From: Octopus bimaculoides
Taxonomy: Eukaryota
Length of the DNA stretch: 64,000 nucleotides
Direction of reading: 5' to 3'
Assembly (NCBI RefSeq): GCF_001194135.2
Contig: NC_068984.1
Span: 124,592,732-124,656,731, forward strand
Part shown: positions 11,546-24,057 of the stretch, in pieces
Layout: each line of letters begins with the position of its first letter
Position numbering within the stretch: position 1 is the stretch's first letter
Made by a program: the position numbers and the translations under genes
The notes under the pieces: model-generated
What the model was told of the DNA's origin: nothing
The model's database searches: none
Seen by the model: the letters and a program-made list of their open reading frames with translations, nothing else

Positions 11546-12079
11546 TGTGATGTTGTTGTTGTTGTTGCTTCTGTCGTTGGTAAGTTTGCAGTCCCATGTC
11601 AGTGCAAACCGAAATGTCCTTACGTCACACAAGCAACACATGTAATCAACCGAACGGCAAGGCATGACTCTTAGATCAGCCTTCTTTCCAAGTTACACCA
11701 AATCTCCGTCTAAGGACGATATTGTAAGTTCCAACATGCACTGCTGAAACGTGTGGTGATTTAACAGTCGGACACGTCACAATATGTCCACTCTGTAGAC
11801 TTGAGATTATGGAAGCAGACAAGGCGAACCGGTAAGACGATGAACGTTGGGATTCTACAATTACTGTTAGTAGTGTATCAGTGCAATGATTGTGGACTTA
11901 ATAGTGCGTCTGTTGATTGGGCAGCTATATTTTCATGTCTTTTATTCTTTCCAGAGGGAAGTAATCCGGAGTCTACACTTACATAATTTGAACTCAGAAC
12001 AAATATACCCTGACAAAAACCGTTTAAATTATAAAAGCTTAATATCTACTATCACTTACCTGTGCTAAATTTACACTGT

Positions 12080-12430
12080 AAGGCGGCAAGCTGGCGGAAT
12101 CGTATGATTAGGACACGCCTGCTGAACGAGAAATTGTCTACCTGAACCTGTGGTGTCTCTAGAACACGCCTCTTATTGTTGTTTATGCTAACGGCATTTC
12201 TTCCGACTTTCTGATTAGAGTTCAAATTCCACCCGATGTTGATACCGGGCAAAATGCTTCACGGAATTTCGTCCGTACTTACAATTCTGAGATCAAATTC
12301 CACCGAGGTCGACTTTGCCTTTTATCCTTTCGGGGTCGATAAAATAAGTACCAGTTGAACAATGGGTCGATGTAATCGACTTGCACCTCTCCCGAAATTG
12401 CTGGCCTTGTGTCAAAATTTGAAACTATTT
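12080..12430 (+). mobile_element. SINE family A carrying an inserted satellite monomer
   Basis: Head aaggcggcaagctggcggaatcg, foreign insert at 12111-12187, then body, core and tail ctggccttgtgtcaaaatttgaaac. Confidence 0.8.
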
Positions 12431-12920
12431 TAAGTACAATGTCATAAATTCAGTGTGAGGAGTTATTAAATTTAAATGGACCTTAATACTTCACTACTAT
12501 TTTATCAAACCCGGAAAAGTGAATGGGAAAATTGACTTAAGAGGGATTTGAACTCAGTTCGAAAAGAGTCGTAACTATATATACTGTAAAATATTTCGTT
12601 CGACGGCCTAAGGATTCTGCCAATCCGCTTCTCTAGCTTTGGTTTGGATAATACTGATTGGTCGAACAGGTTAGCTATTGTAATTTTACCATGTGTTTTG
12701 CATGGGAGAACATTGCATTTGTGTAGCTGTGTCTGTGTGTCCATTTAGACATATCTGCGTAGGCGAGTAGTTGTATAATGCGATAGCTATCGACGTCGTT
12801 GGCTGAAGTAGGACTGCTGTACAGGCTAATAGCAGCAAGGTAAACCGGCAGGAGAATAATAATCGATTTTCATTGGGCAATAGATAACATGATGTTCTTA
12901 TCTCCTTAATTCAATTGTAT

Positions 12921-13260
12921 ATACACAACAATAGGAGGCGTACTCTATTGACATTACATAGTTTTCAAGATAGCTGCGTGTTCTCGTTCAGAATACAAAC
13001 AACAATAGGAGGCGTGGTCTGTTAATAACACAAATTTAGATAGACGTTGATTCTCTTTCAAAACATAAACAACAATAGGAGGCGTGTTCTAGAGATATCA
13101 CCATGTTCAGGTGGACGAATATTCTCGTTCAGAAGGCGTATTATAAACAACAATAGACATCATGTTCTGTTGATACCACAGGGTCAGGTAGATAGATGCT
13201 TGTTTTTGTTTAGAATATAAACAATAATCAAAACAGACATTACAGGTTCAAGTAGAACGC
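12921..13260 (+). repeat. Degenerate tandem array, ~70-78 bp period, about 5 units
   Basis: aacaatagg/aacaata anchors at 12927, 13001, 13071, 13149 and 13220, with recurring aggcgtg and ttctcgttcagaa. Confidence 0.85.
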
Positions 13261-14092
13261 ACATGCCAACATCTAGAGTAGATAACATTTGGAAGCATAT
13301 TCAACACGACGCGTCATGTTTGGGTTGACAGATCCTTGTTCATATCTAATTTTTATCTTTTATTTCTTTCATTCGTCACACTGCAGCCATGCTGGAGCAC
13401 TCCCTTGAAGAATTAAGAATTGTTAGCCGAATAATTGTCTTTGGATATGCTAGAAACAACAGCCAAATCGCGCTTAAATCACTCATTTTCCCTCTGAAAA
13501 TATTAACAATTTTTAAAACATTTTTTTATTAAAAATGCTCTTCCCATGGTTTTGAAGTCCAAAAAGAAAAAAAAATTGACCGAAATATGTCCGGAGTGGG
13601 ATGATGAGGGAAGGGGTGTTAAAAAAAGAGTTTACAAAACTTTTTTCATACAAAGATGCTCACCACCACCCCATCATTTCGAAGGCTGTTATTTAAAAAG
13701 AATGAGGAAAATCCCTGAAAAAAATTTCCTCTCAAATTTCTTTATAATCGTAATCTATTCCGCTTGAAAGGGATTTGTATAAATTTTCATTTCATTAAAA
13801 AATACCCTCCTTCCTGAAAGTTATGAGGGGAAAAAAATCAAATCGTGTGAATTTTCCAAAACTCCCCCCCCCCTCGGAAAAGTTCTTTCTCATAAATTCC
13901 AATATACTCTGAAGCCACAACAATGAAAGCAATAGTTACTAAGCAATAGTTACTAAGCAAGTGATCACTGCTATATAAAAGAATGATTAGACATGAAATA
14001 TTAAAATTATTAGAATTGGGAATCAAATGTGAAAATATCATCAAGGGGCCAGCAGAAAACCGCCAGGAGAGCGGCCTTAAATGTATATATAA

Positions 14093-14272
14093 GGAGTGGC
14101 CGTGTGGTAAGTAGCTTGCTTACCAACCACATGAATCCGGGTTCAGTCCCACAGCGTGGCACTTTGGGGAAGTGTCTTCTACTATAGCGTCGGGCCGACC
14201 AAAGCCTTGTGAGTGGGTTTGGTAGACGGAAACTGAAAGAAGCCCGTCGTATATATGTATATATATATATAT
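14093..14272 (+). mobile_element. SINE family B, 5' half running into a gap
   Basis: tRNA-like head ggagtggccgtgtggtaag...ccgggttcagtccc, then ttggggaagtgtcttctactatagc...gaaactgaaagaagcccgtcg followed by (TA)n. Confidence 0.9.
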
Positions 14273-15299
14273 NNNNNNNNNNNNNNNNNNNNNNNNNNNN
14301 NNNNNNNNNNNNNNNNNNNNNNNNNNNNNNNNNNNNNNNNNNNNNNNNNNNNNNNNNNNNNNNNNNNNNNNNNNNNNNNNNNNNNNNNNNNNNNNNNNNN
14401 NNNNNNNNNNNNNNNNNNNNNNNNNNNNNNNNNNNNNNNNNNNNNNNNNNNNNNNNNNNNNNNNNNNNNNNNNNNNNNNNNNNNNNNNNNNNNNNNNNNN
14501 NNNNNNNNNNNNNNNNNNNNNNNNNNNNNNNNNNNNNNNNNNNNNNNNNNNNNNNNNNNNNNNNNNNNNNNNNNNNNNNNNNNNNNNNNNNNNNNNNNNN
14601 NNNNNNNNNNNNNNNNNNNNNNNNNNNNNNNNNNNNNNNNNNNNNNNNNNNNNNNNNNNNNNNNNNNNNNNNNNNNNNNNNNNNNNNNNNNNNNNNNNNN
14701 NNNNNNNNNNNNNNNNNNNNNNNNNNNNNNNNNNNNNNNNNNNNNNNNNNNNNNNNNNNNNNNNNNNNNNNNNNNNNNNNNNNNNNNNNNNNNNNNNNNN
14801 NNNNNNNNNNNNNNNNNNNNNNNNNNNNNNNNNNNNNNNNNNNNNNNNNNNNNNNNNNNNNNNNNNNNNNNNNNNNNNNNNATATATATATATATATATA
14901 TATATACAACAGTGTACAGTAGGGTCCAAGTAGGGGTTAATTCAAGTAAACTAACAGTAATAGTCTAGAAAGAGTTCCAGTGATAAACCCAGTAGAGTTC
15001 AGTGGTAATATATTACTTGTGAGGTTACTGTAGTTCCAAGTAACTAGCAGGTCGAATAGAAGACCGGGAATTCTGAGAAAGGAGAAATATGAATTTAAGC
15101 TAATTCTACCTAAAGAAAAAAATATATATACAAAAGAACTCTTAATGTCAACACCTCAAAATCTAATAAAATATTCAAAATAGGCTTTCACTGAAAGTTC
15201 AGTAAGGCAGTATGAAACCGGGGTGACCACGGAGCATATATTATATGTGGTACAAAAAAAAAAAGACAAAAGTGGTGAAAAAACAAAAATAAACACAGT

Positions 15300-15490
15300 G
15301 TAATTGGTTGACGCCTAGGAAAACGGCAAGAAGTCTCTAAGGTTTCCAGCATGCGATGGCCGACTAATTGAGACACGCTTGTTCTTTTCCTCTTTATTTT
15401 TATTTCTCCGCTGAAGAGCATAGGCTCGAAATGTTAAATACGTCATCCAATCTTCCTGAGTGTCAACCTGATACACACAGTTTGTTGCAT
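15300..15490 (+). mobile_element. Penelope-like terminal-repeat fragment with hammerhead-like core
   Basis: ctgaagagcataggctcgaaatgtt at 15411-15435, followed by cttcctgagtgtcaac; homologous to 18228-18440 and 40700-40830. Confidence 0.6.
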
Positions 15491-16469
15491 TTTTTTACAC
15501 CGTCTTCATGTTTTTTAAAAACTTTTTACATGATATATTTATTTATATGTGTCTATATATATACATTCGTAGACACGTATATAAATTGTAGGAATAAGTT
15601 ACTGGTAATTATATCAGAAATATTTCTTTTGTTCAAAGTGATTTACAAGAAGCTCAAGAAACCCGAAGAATATAAGAGCCAATGCAATAATAATTGTATA
15701 TAGAGCATTACTAGAACAGTTATGTATTGCAATAAATACACATCCCAGTAGCGGAGGACAACGACTACTATAAGACAACTTTTGTTTCTTAAGTTTTGTC
15801 CAGTTCTATGTAGAAAACCTGTGATGCACGAAAACACTCGAAAGAACACGAGGAAACATACACTCAGTCTACACCCCGTAAAAGTCTTTAGACGTTACAA
15901 TATGTACGAAAACCTTTGAAATTTATATTAAACACAAACGCAATTTAAAATAACTTACTGAAATTAGCTGTTATAGTAATTAAACGAATAGATAGAGATA
16001 GTTCGCACTTAAAGCAAAAATATTTATACTGTGCAAAACAATTAACTAAAATTGTTGATCCGATGAGGAAACATGATGTGTTTATATATTTTTATGAACG
16101 TCGAGATGCTAGAAACACGATCGTATGTGCGGAGGATATGATATTTATTTCAATATGTCGTTTGATTTTATTTTTGAACGTCTATTCGTTTTAGCTTTTT
16201 ATGTCATTATATACGTATATACTTAGGTAGGTACGCTTTTAACTATGTATGTACATAGGGATATCAATGTGTACGTCACTATATATGTATATAACGAACG
16301 TATCAGATATATGTTTCTAAATATTCCTAAATATCCACCCTAAATTTCCATCAACAACAAATTATCTTTCTTCGCTCATTCTTTTACACCTTTTCCCGTT
16401 TCTTTCTCTTTTCTCTGTTTCAACAGTGCCGGGCGATGGTGAGGTATAGTGTACCATTACACTGTACCA

Positions 16470-16540
<71 letters not shown>

Positions 16541-16937
16541 CACATATATACATATATACATATATATACATATATATACATAAATATATATGTACTTGTA
16601 TATATAAATATACACAAACACACACATACACACACACATGTACATGCATACATGCAAGCATACATACTCACACAAAGACACACACACACACGCATATATA
16701 TACACATATATACAGATATACATACATATATATATATATGCATAAATATATATGTATTTGTATATATAAATATACACAAACACACACATGCACACACATA
16801 TGTACATGCATACATACATACATACAAACATACATACTCACACAAAGACACATACACACACACGCACACACATACACAAACACACACACACACACTCACA
16901 TACATATATATATACACATAGATACATATATATATAT
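16470..16937. repeat. Compound (CA)/(TA) microsatellite with a ~162-bp higher-order duplication
   Basis: The unit taaatatatatgta(c/t)ttgtatatataaatatacacaaacacacacat...catactcacacaaagaca starts at 16581 and again at 16743. Confidence 0.85.
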
Positions 16938-17432
16938 NNNNNNNNNNNNNNNNNNNNNNNNNNNNNNNNNNNNNNNNNNNNNNNNNNNNNNNNNNNNNNN
17001 NNNNNNNNNNNNNNNNNNNNNNNNNNNNNNNNNNNNNNNNNNNNNNNNNNNNNNNNNNNNNNNNNNNNNNNNNNNNNNNNNNNNNNNNNNNNNNNNNNNN
17101 NNNNNNNNNNNNNNNNNNNNNNNNNNNNNNNNNNNNNNNNNNNNNNNNNNNNNNNNNNNNNNNNNNNNNNNNNNNNNNNNNNNNNNNNNNNNNNNNNNNN
17201 NNNNNNNNNNNNNNNNNNNNNNNNNNNNNNNNNNNNNNNNNNNNNNNNNNNNNNNNNNNNNNNNNNNNNNNNNNNNNNNNNNNNNNNNNNNNNNNNNNNN
17301 NNNNNNNNNNNNNNNNNNNNNNNNNNNNNNNNNNNNNNNNNNNNNNNNNNNNNNNNNNNNNNNNNNNNNNNNNNNNNNNNNNNNNNNNNNNNNNNNNNNN
17401 NNNNNNNNNNNNNNNNNNNNNNACAAACACAC

Positions 17433-17477
<45 letters not shown>

Positions 17478-17902
17478 TTCGTTTTCATTTTGCCTTATTT
17501 TTCTCAACCGGCTCTTTCTGATCACTCGTCGGAGTGGACAGTGAAACATTATAGCAAGCGAACACACCTCCTACTTCGCCAGAACATAAGCGGCATTTAT
17601 CAGCCATGCAGGGTATTAAATCCTTTGCTATTTATACCGTTGGTCTTGTCGCTGCTATCAGTTGTTACTGTCGGAGTTGTACTCACGTTCGTTGATAGTC
17701 TTGTTATTGTTGTTGTTGCTGTTGTTGTAGTTTCCAGACTAACACCGCCCCTTACATGTAATGAACCTTGATTTTCCCATCATCACTTTGAGAAATCCAA
17801 ATGTTCTCAACCCTAAGTACCCTAATTTAGAGTACTCCATGTGCGCACGCACATACACACAAGTTTACAGCTCTCCATATATGTGCATGTGTGTGTATGT
17901 GC

Positions 17903-17947
<45 letters not shown>

Positions 17948-18227
17948 TGTGTGTGTAGCTATGAACAAACCATTTCACACTCTGTTCCAATCGTGTCGAC
18001 ATACCGTTACAAGGAACGCCTACATACTGAAATATACACACACATACATACATACATACATACATACATACGTACATACATACATACATGCATGTATTTT
18101 ACCCCAGTGTCACTATGATTGCATGCACTGCTCTCTCATACATACACACACACACACATATACATATAAAGAGAGACGGATCTAGTTGTTTTTCTCTTAA
18201 CATATATATATGTTAATATATATATGT

Positions 18228-18440
18228 TAAACGCTCGGGAATAGAGAAAATCTTTGACGTTTCGAGCCTACGCTCTTCAACTGAAAGGAACACAGAAAGA
18301 AACAAGAAGAGAAACAAGGAGAAAAAAATATAAATGTAGTGGTCAGCGATCTATCATGGCGAATGCCGGACAGAAGGTTCACACAGGAGAGCTAAGAAAA
18401 AAGGGAGATAACAAAGAAGTGATGAACCCAAGACGAGAAG
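18228..18440 (-). mobile_element. Penelope-like terminal-repeat fragment with minimal hammerhead motif
   Basis: Minus strand ttgaagagcgtaggctcgaaacgtc (18256-18280), followed by aaagattttctctattcccgagcgtttaac. Confidence 0.65.
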
Positions 18441-19076
18441 CTGCGTGTGTGTGAGAGAATGCTGTTGATCTTAACGTATGTATGTGTGTATGTACGTGTG
18501 ATATATATATATATATATATATATACTTATATGCAAAGCTACATACACACACGCACACACACATATATATGTGTGTGTGTGCATGTATATTTGTATATTT
18601 TCTATGTAAAACAGACACGTGTTTCAGTTTTAAGACCGTCAATATCATGCAAGGCAATTAACCAGATGTCAATACATTGACGATACACGTCCTCAGTGTT
18701 CTCAGCGAAAAGTACTAAACTTGGCGAGATACTTGTGAACGCCGAGGAGGTGAATCCACCTTGCATAATAATGGCGGTCGTTTTCCTTAAACACCCTCAA
18801 TAACTATTCACGAGAACACTGTTTAGAAGCCCACTAATATTAGGAGTTTAGGAAAAGCGGATAGACAAAATACATCGATTATGTCGATACTAGGGCCGCT
18901 CCCCCGAAATTGAAGGCCTTATGCCAAAATTTGAAATCCTCCTCATCATCATCATCATCGTTATTATTTTTATCATCATCATCATCGTCATTATTTTTAT
19001 CATCATCATCATCATCATTATCGCCGTCATCGTCATCGTCGTCGTCGCTATTCTTATTGATGTTGTTATAATTATT

Positions 19077-19285
19077 AAGGCAGGGAGCTGAGAGTATTGT
19101 TAGCACGCCGGTCTAAATGCTTAGGGGCATTCCGTTTGCCTTTAGGTTCTGAGTTCAAATTCAACCGAGGTCAACTTTGCCTTTCATCCTTTCAGGATTG
19201 TTAAAGTACCAGTTGAGCAACGGGGTCGAGGTGATCGACGTGACCCCTTCCCCGAGATTGGTAGCCTTGCGCCAAAATTTAATCA
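19077..19285 (+). mobile_element. SINE family A monomer
   Basis: aaggcagggagctg...gttagcacgccgg...ttctgagttcaaattc...gaggtcaactttgcctttcatcc...ccttgcgccaaaattt. Confidence 0.88.
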
Positions 19286-19899
19286 TTGTTGTTGACAACT
19301 ATCGAATCGTGTTGACATTTTTTTCATTGCTCCGACTAAGACTTGTTTCAAAGAATACCAAGCGATTCTTTTATGTCTTTAGCTTAGCTGCGAATATGGC
19401 ATGTGAGAGTAGGACCCACATCCCAAAATGGTTTGTGTTTACAGATTTCATTTTTAACTTGTCTTTTCGTTTTAACAAAAATTTCACATTTAAATATCTA
19501 GATAACGCTCCTCAACAATTGTTCAAAAGAAATTGCAAACATCATAGAAACAAATTATACCAAAGAATAAACACTTAAAAAACAAGTACAAAAAATAATA
19601 AACATTTTAATTGAAAAATGGTTTCGATCAATTTAACAAATATTTTGAACGACATCTGCAACAGCATACGTGCACGGGCATATATCAGTTATGCTAAAGA
19701 AGCTAATTTTGTCTCATGGCAATATTTCCAGAAAAAAATAGATAAACAATGGACAAAGAGAACTGCATAAAACCTGGCAGTAACTCTTTATATGAGGATT
19801 TAATTCAAGAGAGAACAAAGAGAAAATATATACCAGTGCTATGAAAAGTATAGCGGCAGTTTCCAACTCACATCAAAACAGCATTATAAGAAATGTCAG

Positions 19900-20401
19900 A
19901 TGTTAGCCTCGACTGAACGTGGTAAGACTTATGGTACTGTTTGCTCTATTTTTCGGGATCAAAAGATTCTGTCAAAACACAGATTTAAATAGTGAAGTAT
20001 ACCTCTACCTATGCACGCGTGCCCTAGTTTCCGGGGCTTTGAAATACAAGGGTGACTACAGGGACCGTGGAAACGGTACGTATCCGTGACTGACAATCAC
20101 TTGGACGAGTGGTTGTTGGTGAAAACTGATGTTTTCTGGCATTCTCGGGAGTATGTTTGTGAACTGGTCTGGGTTTGTCAGAAGCTTCTGAACTTTTAGT
20201 CCTTATTGCTTAGTTTGGATGTCATACAGAAAGTAGGATATCTAAATCATTATCTCTCTGAAAGATCTGTATTTTTCGTTTTGTGTTCTTGTGTTCTATG
20301 GGGTTTTTATGATTGATATTCGAGAAACATTTTGTGTTACAGAGGTTGCTAATTGTTGCTGTGGACGTTGTTGTCAGTGTTTATGCTGCTCTTGTGAATA
20401 A
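19900..20401 (+). CDS. Candidate 3-exon, 42-aa microprotein with a Cys-rich C-terminal tail (exons 19900-19921, 20028-20075, 20343-20401)
   Basis: GT-AG introns (G|gtaaga...ccctag, G|gtacgt...ttttgtgttacag), both phase 1, give MLASTERVSGALKYKGDYRDRGNEVANCCCGRCCQCLCCSCE*; T-rich downstream region with AATAAA at 21089. No homolog recognised and the true start could be upstream. Confidence 0.3.
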
Positions 20402-22035
20402 TGCAAGTGTTTTATGACTAGATTTATGTTGGTTATGCTGTATATACATGTTTGCCAACTGTCTGTCTATTTTGTTCTCATTTACTTGTTTAGCTGTTTG
20501 AAGCACTTCAGAACGTTTAGATATACTTGTATATGAAGCGTTTATTTTTAAATGTAATCGGTGCGACCAGGTGACGCTAAGAAGGGAGATAACAAAAATG
20601 CTTTCCATTTTTATCGTCATTTCTGTTGATGTAACTGTAATATTTCTGTGTATTTTTCTGGGGAATTTGTAAATATGGTGGTGGTGGTGATGGTGAGGAA
20701 AAGTGGTATAAGTATGTTTTAAACTTTGTGAGACACCTTGCTCAGCCCATTTGCATCCGCTTTCTGTATATTCCTAGTTACCGTCGCTTTTAAACAGTGT
20801 TTTTTCTTTCATTCAGCGTCTATCTGTAACCGGCCTGTTTTCTTATGTGGTATAGTATATATTCATATTTAGTTTATCATTTATATTTAACCATTTCTGA
20901 AGAAAGCAGGGTAGTCGTTATAAATGTTATCGTTAGTTCTGGTTTCCTAGATTAGGAACGATGTGGTAGCATAGTCTTTTGGTAGTGTGGGATGTGGTGG
21001 TGAGATAACATTTTGAGACGAACCACTAAATTTTCCAATGTTATTATATCATATTATATCACTGTCAGTCATCATGTTTGATAGGTACAATAAAATCTGA
21101 CGATATTAACGAGTTTATAATCGCATTAAATAGCACTGTGAAACGATAACAAGATTAGAGTGGTTGTACGTTACAACATAAGTAGAAGTCATATTATATT
21201 ATCAACGTGCATCAACCACAATCATAATTCTCTTCATCGGTAATATTCAACAAAAAAGAAAAAAATATGGCCCAATTTTACTACTTACAGCATTTACATC
21301 AGTGAATGATTGAGTGTCTACATTTCTCTATCGGAACCTACGAAACAAAGAGATCCTAGTGGATTTATCAACGATTACCTCACCTAAATAGAATATTTCA
21401 TATTTTCTTAGTCGAAATTTTGTTTACTTTGGAGAGCTGTTCCGATAATAAATATGCAGACCAACTTTATTCAACATGTTTACGCGCAGATATATACACA
21501 TAAGTACAAACCAGCCAATACAATTAATTCTAGAAACCTGTAGCTATAAGGGTTAATATTGGCTACGAGTATAGTTATTCGAAATTATAATACTATTGGT
21601 ACCTATAATAGTCATCGATGACTATGGTAAATAGTATTCCTAGCTACAATATTAGTGATTTCACCAGTTATTAATGATTGACAAAGCAGTATTAGAAGCT
21701 TTGTTACTATAAACAGTATTAATGGCAATAGTAAGGACTAGGGCTTTAGTAATTACTATTGTTTGATATAAGTAGTCGTTGATGTTTAGCTCCAAGACAT
21801 CTGGAGTTGAGCAGACGTTTGGTCTAAATTGTTGCAATCGTATCGATTCCGTTTCGATTCCAGCTAAACATTTATCTTTCTCGATTTAAAGAAAATAGGT
21901 ATAAATTGAAAGAGATTTGTCTGCTAGTTCTCCCAGAATAAGCGGCTAGTAGAGCCTCCGTCAGTCGTTCGGCGTTACAGATATTGCACTACTCGATGTC
22001 TTTTATGAAATTCTCTGTAACTATGTGTATGTGTG

Positions 22036-22067
<32 letters not shown>

Positions 22068-22286
22068 TGTATGTATGTATGTATGGATGGATGGATGTGT
22101 GTATGGATGTAAGTTTGTATATATGTGCATATGTTCGTGTATATATGTACCGATGCGAGAGTATGTACGAGTGTATAGCTATTTATGGACGCAGGGTATG
22201 TATGAATGCATGAATGGCTGGATAGATGGAAGTGTGTATGGACGTGTGTGTATGCGTACACGAAATGTATATATGTATATATATAT

Positions 22287-22359
<73 letters not shown>

Positions 22360-22363
22360 TACA

Positions 22364-22395
<32 letters not shown>

Positions 22396-22535
22396 CATAC
22401 AGAGAAAGAGAGGGGCAACATTGCAAAAGAGAAAAGAGAAGAGAGAGGAAAGGAAAAGAGAAGAAAGTGGGTGTCGGAGTGAGATAAGGGGGAGAAACTT
22501 ATATAACTTCCATATACAGGAATACATTTCGGTGT

Positions 22536-22571
<36 letters not shown>

Positions 22572-22831
22572 ATAATATGCATGTTTATATATACACCCGC
22601 ATATAGAAGCGTATATAAAAATAATACAAAACGCAGAAAACCACAAGTGAATGGTCGTGTGGCAGATACTGGACCCCGGGGGAAATAGCAAAACTTCGTG
22701 AAACATGACGACGACGACAACAACAACAACAACAACAACAATAATAATAAAATACTACCGCAACAGGAAGAGGAGCGCCAGCAATAGTAGTAGTAACAGT
22801 AGCCATAGCTGTAATAGTAACAACAACAACA

Positions 22832-22902
<71 letters not shown>

Positions 22903-23280
22903 TATAATAATAACAATTGCATGAACAAAAACATCTTGNNNNNNNNNNNNNNNNNNNNNNNNNNNNNNNNNNNNNNNNNNNNNNNNNNNNNNNNNNNNNN
23001 NNNNNNNNNNNNNNNNNNNNNNNNNNNNNNNNNNNNNNNNNNNNNNNNNNNNNNNNNNNNNNNNNNNNNNNNNNNNNNNNNNNNNNNNNNNNNNNNNNNN
23101 NNNNNNNNNNNNNNNNNNNNNNNNNNNNNNNNNNNNNNNNNNNNNNNNNNNNNNNNNNNNNNNNNNNNNNNNNNNNNNNNNNNNNNNNNNNNNNNNNNNN
23201 NNNNNNNNNNNNNNNNNNNNNNNNNNNNNNNNNNNNNNNNNNNNNNNNNNNNNNNNNNNNNNNNNNNNNNNNNNNNNNNN

Positions 23281-23410
23281 AAGAGACCGATAGAATAGGT
23301 ACTAGGCTTCCAAAGAATAAGTCCTGGGGTCGATTTGCTCGACTAAAGGCGGTGCTCCAGCATGGCCACAGTCAAATAACTGAAACAAGTGAAAGAGTAA
23401 AAGAGTAAAA
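23281..23410 (+). mobile_element. SINE family B, 3' tail
   Basis: gaccgatagaataggtactagg...ggggtcgatttgctcgactaaaggcggtgctccagcatggccacagtc...aaagagtaaaagagtaaaagag. Confidence 0.9.
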
Positions 23411-23820
23411 GAGCATAGCATAATATAGTCAGTATACAATGCATAAAAATAGACGAGATGGTCATGTTTGGAACGATTTTTATCATACGTTTTGCTGAGC
23501 ATGGCTGACCTGAGATTCAGCGACAAAAACAAAAGCGACAGTATCAACAACGAAAGCAAGAATGGAAACATCGAAGAATAGAAATCGCAGCTACAACGAC
23601 CACGGTAAATGTCTAGACTCTAGACTCTAGACTAGAGTATCCGATGAGGACAACCAACACGAGCTAGCCAAAACCTTCAGAAACAACCGTCACCACCACC
23701 ACCACCACCACCACCACTGCTCTGACTTAGTAGTAGTAGTAGTAGTGGTGGTGGTGGTGGTGGTGGTGGTGGTGGTGGTGGTAGNNNNNNNNNNTGGTGG
23801 TGGTGGTGGTGGTGGTGGTG

Positions 23821-23860
<40 letters not shown>

Positions 23861-24014
23861 AAGTAGTCGTCGTCCTTACAATTGCTTTGGTTTCTTAAAT
23901 CTTCTTATCAAATCTGATGTACTATCAGAGGCCGGAAACCCCAAAGTCCCTGTTCAAATGTTTGTTTTTATGTTCTTTCATTTTTATGTTCTTTCATACA
24001 AATGTTCAAACACA

Positions 24015-24057
<43 letters not shown>

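Noticed and set aside
11693-11831. Micro-exon candidates 11693-11723 (YTKSPSKDDI) and 11799-11831 (LEIMEADKAN)
   Set aside because: Donors are good but acceptors are weak, and the pieces are too short to tell from chance without RNA data
12686-12880. Signal-peptide-like ORF MPNENRLLFSCRFTLLLLACTAVLL
   Set aside because: Starts at TTG with no nearby in-frame ATG or good acceptor; the hydrophobic run is plausibly chance
12921-13260. CRISPR array interpretation
   Set aside because: Eukaryotic context, no cas genes, and the would-be spacers are homologous to each other
13490-13880. AT-rich segment resembling a non-autonomous DNA transposon interior
   Set aside because: No TIR pair or TSD could be identified
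19804-19992. Open frame with faint CENP-B/Tigger HTH resemblance (TVCSIFRDQKIL)
   Set aside because: Similarity is limited to a few residues, with no TIR or DDE region
21688-21695. CAGTATTA miR-8/200 seed-match site and a nearby short hairpin
   Set aside because: An 8-mer is expected by chance in AT-rich DNA, and there is no miRNA-like precursor
23610-23640. Short tandem duplications: (tctagac)n here, a 14-mer at 13926, a 17-mer at 7215 and a 20-mer at 29505
   Set aside because: Ordinary slippage products
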